Source of the DNA: Geosiphon pyriformis uo1
Lineage: Eukaryota > Fungi > Glomeromycota
Direction of reading: 5' to 3'
NCBI GenBank assembly: GCA_016748015.1
Contig: JAAOMT010000697.1
Coordinates: 194,868-258,867, forward strand
DNA length: 64,000 nt
How positions within the stretch are numbered: position 1 is the stretch's first letter; each line of letters opens with the position of its first letter. This document shows, one piece after another, positions 49,794-64,000 of the stretch. The translations under genes were made by a program, and so were the position numbers. The notes beneath the pieces were generated by a model that saw only the letters and a program-made list of their open reading frames with translations, was not told the origin of the DNA and searched no databases.

Positions 49794-50939
49794 TTATGTC
49801 TCATCATTTTCTTGAACCTCCTTCTCCTCCTCCTCCTCCTCCTCCTCCTCCTCCTCATCCTCATCCTCCTCATCCTCATCCTCCTCCTCTTCCTCCTTCA
49901 CAGGGGTTTCCTGACTATGATCATGTTGGCAATTATCAATCAAATACCTGCCAAGGAATAAGCACGGATTGCTTGGTCTTGGTTTAGATTTTTCCAATTT
50001 CGATATGGTATTGTGATTAGGAGGGGGAAAGGTTAGAATATTGCCATTTGAACGTAATTTTGTCATGATCCATAAGTGTTAATATTCATGGATTGGTGAA
50101 TAAATTCGTGGTGGGGAATATAGTGTGTATAAGATTGAGAAAATAATATTGGAGTAAAAAAATTTGATCAAATATTTCATTATTGGACAACAAAGAATTC
50201 ACAAATAAAAAATATTTCTCTCACCTTTCGTTAACCAAAATCCGCATACCTTCAAGCAAATTCGGGACCACCATCTGGTCAAGGTAATCGCGGACGGATA
50301 CGGATGAATCAATATGCTGCATGTTGGCAGCTTGTATGGAAGCCTTATCCTCTGATGGCAATACTTTACCTTCTTCTATTTCCATCGGTGTTACCAATAA
50401 AGTTTGTGAATTGCCTCGTTTTCTTTCCTGATCAGTTTCAGCGTCGCGTATGAGTGGTGATTTATTTTCTGCATTTAAAATATCCTAACGAAAATAACCA
50501 ATTGGAAATTTCACAGGCTCTTTTCCCAAACATTAACTCTACCACATAATAATCTTGTTTTGATAAGTTTTATAAATAAAATTATCCAATATGTCTTTAA
50601 CTCACCGATATACTTTTCACCACTGCGCTTCCCCTTTGAGTTCTAATACCATTTGTAGCTTCGGGACTATTTCGAGTGGAATTTGTCCCTGAGGAACCTT
50701 CTCCCCCAGAAGGTTCAGGGTTCATTAGCTCGTGATCACTACTGTGATCAGTACCTTGTGAGGTTGTTTGAGAATTCGAAGCGCTGGTATCGTTTCCTCG
50801 CGAACTACCACGACTACTTATGGGATCGTTCACAGGGTGCTCTCCGTCACGTTTCACTATGTCTGTTTACGAGTAAAGAATAAGATATAACAGCGAATAG
50901 AAAGTTTCAAATTAATTTATAATAAATTTACTTTCCCAT
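49794..50939 (-). CDS. SDC1: Dpy-30 motif protein (COMPASS Sdc1/DPY30-like) with poly-Glu tail
   Basis: SVRDYLDQMVVPNLLEGMRILVNER|PSNPCLFLGRYL across the last intron. Confidence 0.75.
49816..49897. repeat. (TCC/TCA)n trinucleotide tract encoding poly-Glu/Asp on the minus strand
   Basis: Directly visible repeat. Confidence 0.85.
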
Positions 50940-51774
50940 AATTAGTTAAAGTGTCTTTGATCAAAGTTGTATAGTTTATTCAAAGACTTTGAAATTTCCA
51001 TCTCCTCGTGGTACGATTAGGCATTAATTAACAGGTTGTCCAAAATCAAAAGAGAATAATGCCACGATAATTCTATTGACGATTAACAATTTTAGAAAAG
51101 TAAAAAGCATTAACAAATAAAGGTATGCATTTTTTTTTGCGCACCTGTATCATCAATGATCGACATCTTGAAAATATTTAACAATTAATTAATTAGAATA
51201 AATTCTACATTTAATTAATTTTTGTAAAATAACATGCGTATTTTTAAAAAATAATTATCTTATTATTATTAACTATTTGTTTAAAATTAAAAAATATCAA
51301 TTATATCATATTTAAAAATGATATATAGAATTAAAAAATTATAAAATACATTAATTATAATATTTTTGAAAATCAAAATTGCATTTTTAATAAATTAATT
51401 TAATAATTTGGTAAATTTAAAAAATAATAATTTAATTAAGTTAAATTCATGTATATTTATTACATTAAATTATAAAATTGCATAAATTCATAATTATTAA
51501 CAAAAAAACATTAAATTTATAAATTAAATTTTAGATTTTTTTGATTTCATTCAAAAATTACTTTAAAATTATATTTATATTAATTTAAAACATGCTGTAA
51601 AAATAAAAACTCTTTTATTAATTTTTTGTTAAATAATAATATTTACATTTAACAATAAAGTTTTTAAATGAACTTTGTTTAAATTTGACCTATTATAAAG
51701 CACGTGACTTTCTCTATTAGGGTCGAGAGCAAATTCCGTATAGAGCAAAGGTTTCTTGGCCTTCTTGTTTCATT

Positions 51775-54700
51775 ATGATTATCGTAATTCTTCTCGATAG
51801 TAGCGTTTCCATGAACCAAAAGTTTTCCGAAATAAGTGCCTTTGATTTTGCAAGGGTCGGGATTGAAAACTTCCTAACGGTATACATGACCAAATCTGCA
51901 AGTCTTGTCAGTAAAATTAAAAGTTGGATCCTAACCTTAATTTCGTTAACCTTTTCGAACCTTGAATACCTTTCAATCTCTTAGTGTTTAAAGAAAAAAC
52001 CAGATAATCATGAATACATTCTGGCTACATATGAACCGGGGGAAAGGGGAATCAAAGTAAGGTCCTCAAAAGTCCTAAAGTCGATAACTTTATCCCACAA
52101 CAAGCTTCCGAGATCTCAAAGACTAATCAAACAAAAATATTGTATCAGGTTATGTTTGAAACACAAATCGATGTAGTTCTCACGAAGGTTAGGATGTTAC
52201 GAAAAACAAACGACCTCTCAACTCCGGGTCTAACTTTTAAATATATATTTGAATTACTTGACGCTCGAAGATTAAAAAATGAGACCGATACCCCATTTCA
52301 TGTGAGTCCCTTTATTATGTTTCACATGGGCTGATCAAACTTGGTTTTATTTATTGTCTGAATTTGTGCTCCAGAAACACACAAGGCTTTATATCTCATT
52401 GTTAGTCCCATGTTCAAGATTCATAAGAATTAACATAAAATATAATCGTAATATAGAATGATCTTGCTTTGGATTACCTGGGGTGAAAAAGCACTCAAAT
52501 TCTCTTCAAACATAGGGAAGATCAATACCTTATTCTATTGACCCTGTGGCCATAATGTGGTTTACCAACGCGGCCAGATTTCAAACCGCAAATCTTCAAT
52601 ATGAGGAGAGAGTAAGGCTAATAATCCTTTTGAACAATGATGGAAAGTGCGAATAATATTAGTAAAAAAGTTATTTTTATTTTTAGCTTATAATTCCAGA
52701 CTTAGAGTCGCCAGGTGGGGATCTTTACGATAAGCCTTACCGATGGGATCATTTTATATTCACGTTTTTATTCAAGTCCGAGGAATCAATCGCCGAAGCC
52801 GAAGTGGCTAAATTTACCCGAGAAACTGGTGGTATTTATATATGATGATTGTCATTTAATTGGGAACCATTCCACCCATCTATCATCAGTATTCTGAGGA
52901 TTTATTTTCCAAAAATCAAGGTACCCTCTTCGAAATATATTCTACTCAACCTCCAGATTTCAAGGAATCAAAAAGATATAAGCCTCTCAGGGCTTTGACA
53001 AACGCGATTAGCAAAGTTTGTGGGGTCACACTTGATAATACACCTTGCCCAACAGGAATTCTTCCTTTTCACGGTGGTGGGGTGAGGATAAGGCTTGTAG
53101 AACTAGATGGTCAGTGCGTAGTATTATTGATTCTGATTTTGTGTCATAGTTTTCTTTTCCTGACTTGTTCGGTGTTATTAGGTGAACATCTAACCGACTA
53201 TAACGAAATATCAAACATGCTTTTTGTGGATCCACCTAAAGCTCAAGCACATAAATGGTTCCCATTACCCGAAGACTGTTGGATTGGGGAAACTACAAGT
53301 GATAGGGAAATCAGAAAAGTCAAGCGTCACAGCATTCCTATAATATATTACAAAAAAGTAAACAACATTTCCTATCGTCTTCCAGAAAATTGGGGCTGTT
53401 TTGAAAAATATATGGTCGTTCCATGCCCAGTGGTCAAAGAATTATGTAGCGTACAAACAAAGGATGTTCAATGGCCCGTAAGCATTAACCGTATTGGGAG
53501 CTGTTTTCTTCAATAATTTGATGCCTAACAAGGAATATAATGATTAGGTTTTCATGAAAAACAGCTACAAAGAAAAAGGGTTCGGCAAGCCTTTTGGTTA
53601 TTTGAGTCCTGTGGATCTTCGTACTTCAGTTAATCTCGTTATTTTTTCATACGATTACCCAAGGCTTTTGACTTTTTTCTCTCAAAACGAGAGTAAGTTC
53701 TGATAGTCTATTGGTTAATTCATTAAAGCCAATTGACCTCGTTTATTTTTCTGTAGATATCTTAAAGGAACATAATAGACTTCGGCTGGAACTTCCCTCA
53801 CTTATCAAGCAAGAATGGAATAATTATCTATGTGATATTCCTCTTTACTATCGCATGGTATTTATTATTGGTTTGGTTTGTTTAATTTCAATTAATTTAA
53901 GATCATGTCTTCGTTATGAAACATTTTTTAGCCACTTCGGACGGTATTTCAATTTCGCTCACTTGATACAAATTTGGTGCCTCCGGACGACGCTTCCCGA
54001 CTGAAAGACTTCAGTAATGATATGAGGAACCGAGCAACGATCTTTTTAAATGCCATTATAAATCGTCATGTAAAAATATTTGTTTCAGTTGATTAATTTC
54101 TTGCAGCCGATCTCTATATACAACATTCTAATTATCTTCCCTTAAATGATATAGAATGCATCTGATATTACTAACGGGCTTGGGAAGGTTTGTTCCCAAC
54201 CTCCTAAAATATTTCTTTTTATAATTTAAGGATCATAATATATATTCCAACCAGGTTCAATTGTATGATGAACCTTTCAAAGTACCTCGGGGCGAAGCAC
54301 AACACGTATTTCTTGAGATGCTGAGGGTATATCAACAAAAGTCGGTTGAATCTAAAAGGAAAGAGCGCGGAGAGCTTGATGAAGGTGAGATCAGCAGTTA
54401 TTGGAAAGAAAGCTAATTCAAATATATAAGCTTATTTCTCTTCGTATAATAGATGAAAAGCATTCGTTGCCAATCGCAGTAATGTTAGATCACAGTAAAA
54501 AATTAGCCGAGCTTAAAGCACAACGGCTCAGAAATCCATTTGAAGATGAAGAAGAACGAATTGAAAGAGAACAATGGGAAGAACAAATAGCTTTTGGAAA
54601 TCCATTCAAAACACGTGAAAAGTCAAAGGTAGGTATATCTACTTTGATTCTTTTTCTCGGACCACTTCAATAAAGTATTCAAGGGCTTATACATAATACA

Positions 54701-56210
54701 GCGTTCCTCAGTTGATGATGTCGTTAAACCCCAAACACTTGTTGGGGATTCTCCCTCACCTTCATCATGGTCTCAATTACCTACAAATTCAAATCTCGAT
54801 GCTGAAGTAATTCAACGTCAAGAAAAACGGATAAAACCTACCCGACCCAATCGAAATGGAAATAAGCAGTATTCACTCTTTGAATCAGGTCTTCGCAAGA
54901 TACTTGAGAGCATTCTCAAGAGGAAAGTCTCAATACCAACAGATGTCATTATGACCGATGTGAGTAATATTAATCAATCGATCGAAGACACGTTGGTTCT
55001 AGCAGATGAAGATATGCTAGGGCTAACCACTTCTGGCCAAGCTGATAGTGATTTCAATGATAGCGTGAGCTTATCTTTAAAAGACCCTTTAATCAAAGAT
55101 GACTTGGAGTCTATGTCCGAGTCAACACAAGAAAAAGATGTCCAGCTATCCTTAGAAAATTTGGCCTTAAGGCCAAACGAGAGGTCAAAAATTTTTGAAG
55201 CGCTGGAACCCAAAACTTATTCCAATATAAATACCAAACAAGATGATTATACCTTAAAAGATCCGATAGACATTTTAGGTACAGATATGCAATGTGACGA
55301 ACAAGTCTTAATATGGAAGGAGGAGTTGAAACCCCGAACCTTTGCAACTTCTCATGATTATAATTCACAAACATTTGTTATTGACTCTCATGAAAAAAGT
55401 GATTCCGGATCATTTTCCCAAGAGAGACTTCATTCAACATTTCTCCAACCTGGTTCATTAAAATTTCAACCGAGAGTGCCTATATCCAGAGCCATATATC
55501 CTGGTGGGGTGCCAGAATCAATGCTCAACTCAATGAAAGAATGGGTTTCACAAATCAAAAATCCAGATTGTAAGTCTCTGCTCATTTTACCATGCCAATG
55601 CTAGTAGTAATCGATATATAACTAATTTAAAATTATGATGGTGATACGAGATCGCGACGTCGACCAAATCATAAATTCCTTCAAAATTGCTTCACAGGAT
55701 TGTCGTCCAGAAGAAGTTAGGCGTTTTTCGATATCTTTAAGTGCTCTTGCAAGCGGTTGCAAAAAGCCTGATTTAGCGATGAAATTAAAAGAAGCTGGGA
55801 TAATCCTTGGAACTCTTCAATCCCCTAGTACTTTACCGATATCACGTGAATGGAATCAAGAGGGTGGAAGCTTTACGGACGGTCAAGAGCAGTTAATGTT
55901 GGCTGCAAAATGGTTTCTACGGGAGATCAATAAACAAGAAGGTATGGTTGAATTTTAACTATAATTAAGAATATTACATCCAATCGTAATCACATTCTAT
56001 TTTGGTATAGAATACAATGAACTCGATGTCAAAGCAAAATTATCAGAAATCACTACTGAGAATGGATATTCATCCCAACAAAAGGAGTTTTTGTTGAAAA
56101 CTGCACGGACAGTTGCAAAGGGTAATCACCGATTGAGTTTAAAGGAATGGTTGGATACCCATTTAGAGAATTTAGGATTGGAACCAAATTCGAAAAAAAA
56201 TGAATATTAA
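51775..56210 (+). CDS. INTS6: Integrator complex subunit 6 homolog (vWA domain), multi-exon
   Basis: MIIVILLDSSVSMNQK (DxSxS), DLYDKPYRWD, WFPLPED, KPFGYL, YLCDIPLYY, HSLPIAVM, AFGNPFK all follow the INTS6 motif order. Confidence 0.8.
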
Positions 56211-56671
56211 TTGAAATTATGCTGTATTTAATTTGGAATGCGCTATACCATCAAATTAAAACGAGTCAGAGTTTTAGATTTGGAAAGTTTACAGAATGAA
56301 CAATTAACAAGTCTTATGTGACCATGTCGCCATGAATTGAATTAGTAAGATTAATATTCAGATTTATATAACTACTTTCCTTTACAAACAGACAGATTCG
56401 GTGAGTCATAATGCCATAGACATGATCTTTTTTATAACGATATCATGGTGCCAAACAAGCATTTTTCCGAGCCAATCTATATTAAATTTATATTGATCTG
56501 TACCCTCATGAATAACTGACATGCGCGCGCTTTACAATTCTTGCCCAAGTCGCCTTTATTAGTGATGAAGTTGCAATATTTGATATTAGATAGTTTATAT
56601 TTCTCTCCCTTCTCTTTCTAAACTTTTAAATTGACTGAGCCATTCCTCGTGTCATTCTTTCATAGCTAGTC

Positions 56672-58857
56672 ATGCGAGATACAGGACGTCTTTTTGTGAT
56701 AGGTGTTGTTTTACTTATTAGTTTTCTTGCTTACACTAGTCAGCTTTTTATCTTTTGGGATTTTCTTGGTGGGTTAAATGTTCAAAGCTTGGCTGTTTTA
56801 ATACCTTTCAACGCGATTGTCCTTGCAATTTTTTGGAATTATTATTTGACCTGTTCGACCGATCCTGGTCAAGTGCCGCATAATTGGGTAAATGAGTGTT
56901 CTATTTTCCAATCCAACTTCTAAAAGGGATGCTTGAGGTTTGGATTTTCTTCTCTACCTTTTATAACTCATACTTTTCATGTTATGGGACCTGGACAAAG
57001 GTACCAAAAGATTTTGAAGGCTTAGAAATTAAACCAACTACCCACGCACCTCGGCACTGCCGGACTTGTAAAAACTATAAGCCCCCACGTTCCCATCATT
57101 GCAAAACCTGTAGAAGGTCAGGATTAACAATATGATGATATCTTATTCCATTTAGTTTAATTTATTGAAGTCATTTTTGTTTTTTGTCATGGAATTGAAG
57201 ATGTGTGCTCAAGATGGATCACCATTGTAAGTTTGAGAAATTAGCGTGCATTTATCTATTTTAATTCCAGGTGAAAATATTAATTTTACTTTTTAAAAGG
57301 TCCTTGGACAAACAATTGTGTTGGATATTTTAATTATGGTTATTTCATTCGTTTTGTATTTTGGGTGGATTGTGCTTGTATTTTTCATTTCACGTTACTA
57401 CTTAAAAGAACATTCCAGATAATTCAGGAAATGTCATATATTCAGGTGGGTCTATGTTTCTCTGAGCTTTGTTCCCCTATTTTGGCTTTGCGTATAACAT
57501 GGCAAAGATTTTAAAATTATTTAATGGCAGTTTGATGATATGGAACCAACCGCAACTGAAACTACTTTTATCGTTTTGAACTATGTTGCTGTTCTGCCAG
57601 TTCTTTTTGGCGTTGGTCCTTTGAGTCTTTATCATTTTTATTGTATGTGTTCAAATACTACAACTATTGAAAGTTGGGAAAAAGAAAAAGTTTTGACACT
57701 GGTCCGTCGTGGTAAAATCAAAGAGGTAAATATTTAAAGCTATGTTTTTTCAATCAATTTAAAAAATTGTGATTAAGCCTCATTTTTTATTCGTTTGAAA
57801 CCAGATAAAGTATCCCTATGATCTTGGTATTATTCTGAATATTCGTTCAGTTCTTGGCGACAATCCAATATTATGGTGCTGGCCAACAATCATAAGTGGT
57901 GACGGATTAACCTATCCAATCGCAACTGACGCAGGTATGAGTGAAACCCTCGATTTGGAAATGGAATACATAGTTTAAATCTTAGATTGGCTTTACAATC
58001 CTTGGATGGAGGTGCGATCATGATTTATCGTATTTCAGATTCAAATGTGTCTGATTTATAACCAAAATGATTTCACATCCTCGAAATTTACTGCGATATT
58101 TTGATTCTAACAACCAAAATTTAATTATGTTTTACATGCAGATCCAAGCAGAATATGGCCACCAAAGGACCCTGAAAAAACGCCATCAGCTTCTTTGCCC
58201 CCCAAACCTTGGGACACGTACAACCCTGTCCATTTGCAGATCCAGAATAAATCTCATCGTTCAAATGGTTTACGACATCAACGTCGAAATCAACGACGAC
58301 GAGTTAATCCAGGATACATAAACAGAGATATGGCTTTCGAGGAACGTCAGATGTGGATGAGCAATCAACAGCTTCAGAGTTCACATCCTGTTGCGAGAGT
58401 CTCGGATTCCTGCCGTGATTCAGATGGTAGCACCATTTATTCAAGCGAAAGTGAGTACACGGATGGTGATTTTACCGATGACATCAACTACATTGATGAT
58501 GATTTTGATGAATTTGAGGATGAAAAATATCCAGAGGATATTGGGAGCAAAAGAGCAGAGGAGGAAGTAGTATCTCCAAATTTACATTTGCATCATCACC
58601 AACTTAACAATTATCAAAATAGAATGTCTCCAGGTTACCTTAATTCTGGTCATATTAATGGGAATGAGTTTTTACATCACTGGCAAAAGGCAAATAATCA
58701 TTCAGATTCCACTCAAGATGCTTATGATGAGGATGATAATTTACCAATTGGAATGATTATTGCACAAAAACAATTAAAAGCTATGAAAATTAAATCGCCT
58801 AATTCGACATCAGAAAGCATTATAGTCCCCAGTGAAAAAACCGAAAAAATGGAGTGA
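56672..58857 (+). CDS. PFA4: DHHC palmitoyltransferase
   Basis: [44 protein letters not shown] (spliced); NTTTIESWEKEK; YPYDLG; AEYGHQ/WPPKDP region. Confidence 0.9.
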
Positions 58858-58977
58858 CACTTTTAATATGTAATTCATAGTGATCTTGTTTCGATATTTA
58901 TTTAGTTGATAAAATAAAAATTACAGCAATAATATTTGTAAAACATACAGGGATCTATTAAGATTATTTGATAAATA

Positions 58978-61900
58978 TCACGATGCGTTATCTCCATAGT
59001 CCCCTTCCAATAAATCATTTTCTAAGAGACTTTCAATATAGGGAAGATCTGGCTCTGCGAGGGAAAAAGTGGACTGGTATACATAAAGGTTAACATGCTG
59101 CACAAAAAATTCTATTTGTTTAAGGTGCGATATACTTCTCATCGTTAAGATAGGGCGCTTGAATTCACCATAAGAAGGAGAAGGTGCAGAGAACGAGTTA
59201 ATGAGCGAACCAGCTCTGAAATAGTTGCCTAGATAATTCTACATGTTGAGGAAAGTATCAGCTGCGCAAGATAATATGTTAGATAATTAGGTATAGTAAT
59301 TTTTGAAATGTTTACCTTGTCTGCATTTTCCCACTCTCCCCCCGTAAGTTTTTCTTTAAGCTTGTCGAAATGTGCATAAGGAGATCTTGTCATTGGATGA
59401 TTAATAACATCCCATGTGTCTGTGATAAACATCCATTGGTATCTGATAAAATAGTCATTGAATTGAGTTTTAATCTTTAAAAACCATAAGTCACATATTT
59501 CTCGTACATTTGGAATTCATCCGTCTGAAGCACGAATACTAAGTCCAAGAATTTACAGGCAGCTAAAAAAACATTAAGTTCTTCAGGTTTTTCTGGTGGC
59601 ACATCTTTTTCGAAAATTCCAAAAAGATTGATCTATGTGATTCACAGTGAAATTAGGTTGAAAACAAAAATAAAGAAAAATCTAATAAGGCAAGAGATTT
59701 TACTTACAAGCTCGGTTAATATAACTGGCCAAAAGTTCGATAAATGTTGATTTGATATTCGGCACAAGAGTATTCGTAAACATAAATAGATCTTGATAAA
59801 ATATTGATTAGACGCGGAATGGTGAAAAAGAAATTAATTTATCGTTTACCTCAATGTGCACTAATTCGGTAATGCCCAATTTTAGTAATTCAACCAATTT
59901 CTCCTGTACAATAGGCAATTGAGATAAATATTGATCCATCTTCCCGCAATATATTATAAAAGATAGACGCCTTAGGTTTAAGGCGCGATTATATGACTCT
60001 TGATCTTTGCTTGTAAATAATGTGTTGGCAGGAGAGGTCGAGATTCGACCTGATTACATTTATAAACAGAAACGTTATCTTTTAATATTTCAAATGAAAA
60101 AATATTTATGCTGGCCACAACAGGAAAAATTACATGCCTAGAATTTCAGCGAATCTTTCTTTTTCGGATATCATTATGATTTGGATGATTGTGCGCCATT
60201 TTGCGGTAGCTGCAGAACCCATAACAAAAAATCGATTGTCTATAAAAATATCCCATACTTCTTTGCGCCACTTGGGGTAAACAGAAGAGATTTGGGAGAT
60301 TTCACATAAAAGATCTAGAGTTTCATGGCTTATACCAACACTTGTGATAAAGAGAAATCAAGAAAGGTTTCCTTAATTATTGTTCGCATAAAGAATATCA
60401 ATATTTAGGGCAAATACCTTTGTTGCTTTCTTAAAGAAGGGGCGATTATATAATACATGACATTTGACATAATCTGAATGATCCGATCTGCCTCGAGAAC
60501 AAAAAAACGCCTTAAATTGGGAATGACAGATTTTGCAAGATATTGATTCACCTAACCAGCATAAATAATTTAGTATTTAAATGATTACAGTTCGAGCCTG
60601 ACTGGAAAACATTTCCATACCTGATCAATCATAAGTTCTTCTTTAGATTTCATCGCCAACTTTTTTTCATCAAATAGTAGGGTAGTTGATTGAGTCGGCT
60701 CAGGATCTTTATGTTCATTTACTGAAATGGATGATTGAGCTATTCCCAACAAGAATTGCCGAGTTTTTTAATTTTTAATTTTTCATATAACCAAAATCTT
60801 CCAATAAAAATTCGGATATAATTACGCTCCGAGCTGTTGCTTTCATCGTCATCCTCACGAATCGTCCGCCTGGCCCAAAGGAACTGATCAAACGATCGCC
60901 CAGCAATTTGGATACAATATTCCAATACTCGCTGGTATATATCCTAAGAGAATTATATACCAAGTTAAAAGTGAATCACATAAATCTTCCCCACTGTGCA
61001 TAATACTATACCTGCATTTCTCTTTGTGCTCTACTTTCTTTGAAAAATGTCCCCGAGGAGAGTTTATGAAAAACAACAGTCATAAATCTAGTTTAAGAAC
61101 GGTGTTTTGGCCAATAATATTCGAAGTAGTTAGAAAATTAGGTATAAAGGCCGATCATAAATTACTCCGAGGTTCCTTTTTTCAACCTTAGTAAAGAAGG
61201 AAGCAGATATTTATATACAGTTGCCTGTGCAGAAAAATCTTTGACATAAGCTAGACATTGAGGCCATACGTCGATCAAAGCTTCAGAATTAGCTTCAAGC
61301 GAATCAGAATAAACTTCAAGGAACCTTAATATTACGATATCCGATCTTGAAAAATCAATAAGCAACAATATTGTTTTTGGTTAGCAGGAAAATGGTTGAA
61401 ATAAGGAGAACATAAGAATGCTGATATACCGACAATTTATTATTTTTAAAAGTTGGTTTCTTAACACGCGAAGAATTTTGTGAACTGTAGGACCTGATAC
61501 GAGCACTGTCAAGCAATGAGATAATCGTTTTTTGGGGAGAACAGTTGGGTATGAGCTTTAGTACATCAATTATATAGCTTCCAACATAGCTGATTTCACC
61601 CTGCGTACCGGCGATACCATTAATAAAGTAAAAAGATCGTAAGATACAACCTTTTCAATTTTAATCGAGAGCATGAATCTTTAATACTGTACCTTTAAAT
61701 CCACACTATTGGAATTCTCCACATACCAAAGTTCAACAAAGGCCTCAATGAGCTCCGATCGGTTATTTTTACAAAGTCGATCCAATATCTTTATTATACG
61801 AGCAATAAACTTGCCACGCAAGACACATAAGGATTTCCCTAGCAAGTCCGTCTCGGTATTTGAATCAGAATTGGAGTATGGTGCTTTTTTGAGCATAGCC

Positions 61901-64000
61901 CAAATGTCAAGTAGGATATTAACTATGTTAGGGAATACACAATAAAGAATGTATTCACGTGGCTTTGTATAGAAATGTTGATGAAATTATTGGTTTAATT
62001 TACAAGTCATTCCTTTGCTGGTAGAAATATTAAATTGGATATACCTTTTGGTCTGCAGTAGAAACATCATTATTACTTGTATCAAAAGTAAACAAAGGCG
62101 AATCGGCCAAACCCGGTACAAGCCCCTCATTTGTTGCAACACTACCATTTGAGAAATCACCATTATCAATGGGATTATCTAAATCATCCATCGAATTTGA
62201 GATGCCATCCTGTAGGCAGAAAATTATGGTTTTTTCCAAACCAGCAAGCATAATGTTGATATTCCAATCTGACCCAGTCGTATGAAAGCCTGTCCTAGTA
62301 GAATCTATGATCCCAGTGGCTAAAGACTTTTCGTGGTGCTTTTCCATCTCCTCTTTCCATATTATTAACTGTTCGCACATGCATTGAAGTAAGGGGATTA
62401 AAATAGTGTTAAAGGATTGTCTAAAGTATGGAAGTGAGTTTAAAATAAAATCCATCCATTGCTGGATCAAAGGTCTGTTTGAAGGAAGGGATAATGCTTG
62501 AATTAGAACTTTTATAAGTGAAGGACAAATCCTAGGCGTTCGCACAGCTCGATGGTTTCCAAATGCTTCCTTTTCATCTTTTCTTGGTATCCTATCAGAT
62601 AAAAATTGTTGAGAAGATGGCGCAATTTCCGAAATTGTGGGCTCAATTAATGGCGATCTTTTTGAAATGATACTTGAAGCAGGCGAAGAAGGTCTATGAT
62701 GTGTTACGGGATTTGTTTTTGATGAAGATCCAATAATAATGATAGTAGAAAACAAAAGATGCAGAAGTCGTGCTTGCAAATCCAAACGTTTTGTTCGTAT
62801 ACTATAGAGCATCTTACGCAACACAACATCATGAATCATAAGAACCAAATCAGCATCCACCAGCTCTGGTCGAGTAAGTAATATATTAAGCAAATCGGTG
62901 GCATGAATTTGTATATATTCGTTTAATGTACTCATCGATGACAAAACCTCTGGCATTTCAGTTTCGATGTATCTCAAAGAAACTCTAATAAACAATTCTG
63001 TAAAGGAAATGTTTAAGGAAGAAGGAACCTCTTGGGAAAGCCAGTCACATTCTGCGAAAAATTCATACTTGGCAGTACCACTTCGCAAAGCTTTCAGAAA
63101 GCCCTGCCCACCGACCCTAGAAACTGTGAGCATAGTTTCAAAAACATATTTCACTTGAGCTTGGTTGAAAGGACGTGCATAGTAAAAAATTTCTAATAGC
63201 TCTTTATCGATTTCTATTTCAGAAATTCGGGATGTGATAGAAGGATCACAGATGATAGCGATTAAGGGATCTAGTAGTTTGGTATAACAATCTTGTTGGC
63301 ATCTTATCCATGTTTCACCGGCTCGACGATTTGTTGGATTCTCATCTCGAAGAGTATCTAGAATTAGAAACATTGGCTGAGAAAATTCTATGCTAATATT
63401 GCGATAATCGTCAGAAAGTCTCCAAAATATAGCAAAGCTTTCGTAAGAGGAAAGTCTAGCAATAGTGTCTTTTTGAATTAAATATTCCGCTATTATTGTC
63501 TCGACATACTTGGCTGGAGAGATTTGTTGAAGCATCCAAATAAGTTCAACAGTTCTCAAATGATACATAATGTTCTGAGGATTAAGAAATGACCATAACC
63601 TATCGACAATGATACGAGTTTGCTGCTTTGGCTCCAGTAATGATGGAGAAATAATTCGCTTTTCAACAATCAGATTAACAATAGTCGAAAGAGCCGAGTC
63701 GATTATATGAAAGTTATTGACCATATAGCAGCACTTAACCAACGAGTGGATCCAACCGCCATCAAAGAATTTAACTGTTATAAAACGCCGAACCTCAGTA
63801 GATTCGAATGGGTATGTGTTGAAATAAGTCGATATTTTCTTCAACAAAGTACAGCTTCGATCTAATACGGCAGTTATATGTGGTGACATGACGGAGTCGG
63901 TATATATGTGTTGCTGAATGATAAAACTGCTACTGGCGTTTTGAATAAAGTTCAAAAGAGCCTTGAGCAGCTCTTCCAACAGGGATAGTCCCTTTATGCC
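58978..64000 (-). CDS. DOP1: Dopey family protein, 3' portion (5' end beyond the window)
   Basis: LNLRRLSFIIYCGKMDQY..LPIVQEKL; YLCLRILLCRIS..HLSNFWPVILTEL; FLAACKFLDL..LQTDEFQ.YQWMFITDT. Confidence 0.92.

Noticed and set aside
49743-49987. Poly-Leu and poly-Pro ORFs on the plus strand
   Set aside because: Antisense shadows of the poly-Glu tract in the Dpy-30 gene.
19122-64000. U12-type (minor) introns
   Set aside because: No RTATCCTT donor at any intron boundary I traced; the search was by eye and not exhaustive.

Overview
Eukaryotic, intron-rich fungal DNA. The gene set (Integrator subunit 6, DUF4460, Dopey, Vac8) and the TE families suggest an early-diverging, Glomeromycota/Mucoromycota-type fungus; this is inference. 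1-18.4 kb is a retroelement stack: three nested, degenerate Ty3/Gypsy LTR elements (one carrying a dUTPase and a Cys-rich insert) inside an RNase H-bearing LINE, followed by an ORF1-only LINE-like element that ends in the same structured ~120-nt 3' tail as the full LINEs. A Nextera/Tn5 adapter is embedded at 11067-11085, so that junction is probably an assembly artefact. 19-37 kb and 45.6-64 kb are compact host-gene blocks (DUF1774, DUF4460, MRPL3/mL44, RRP7, VAC8, Rieske protein, DUF4203, an orphan, FOL2, RKM5-like, GPI2, SDC1/DPY30, INTS6, PFA4, partial DOP1). They are separated by a full-length degenerate LINE (37.5-45.3 kb) containing a solo LTR. All TEs show heavy C>T/G>A erosion, and the LINE-type insertions have extremely AT-rich flanks. 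Most interesting candidates: the ORF1-only non-autonomous element with the shared 3' RNA structure, and a U5-PBS hairpin in the dUTPase Gypsy that resembles Tf1 self-priming. All alignments and folds were done by eye.
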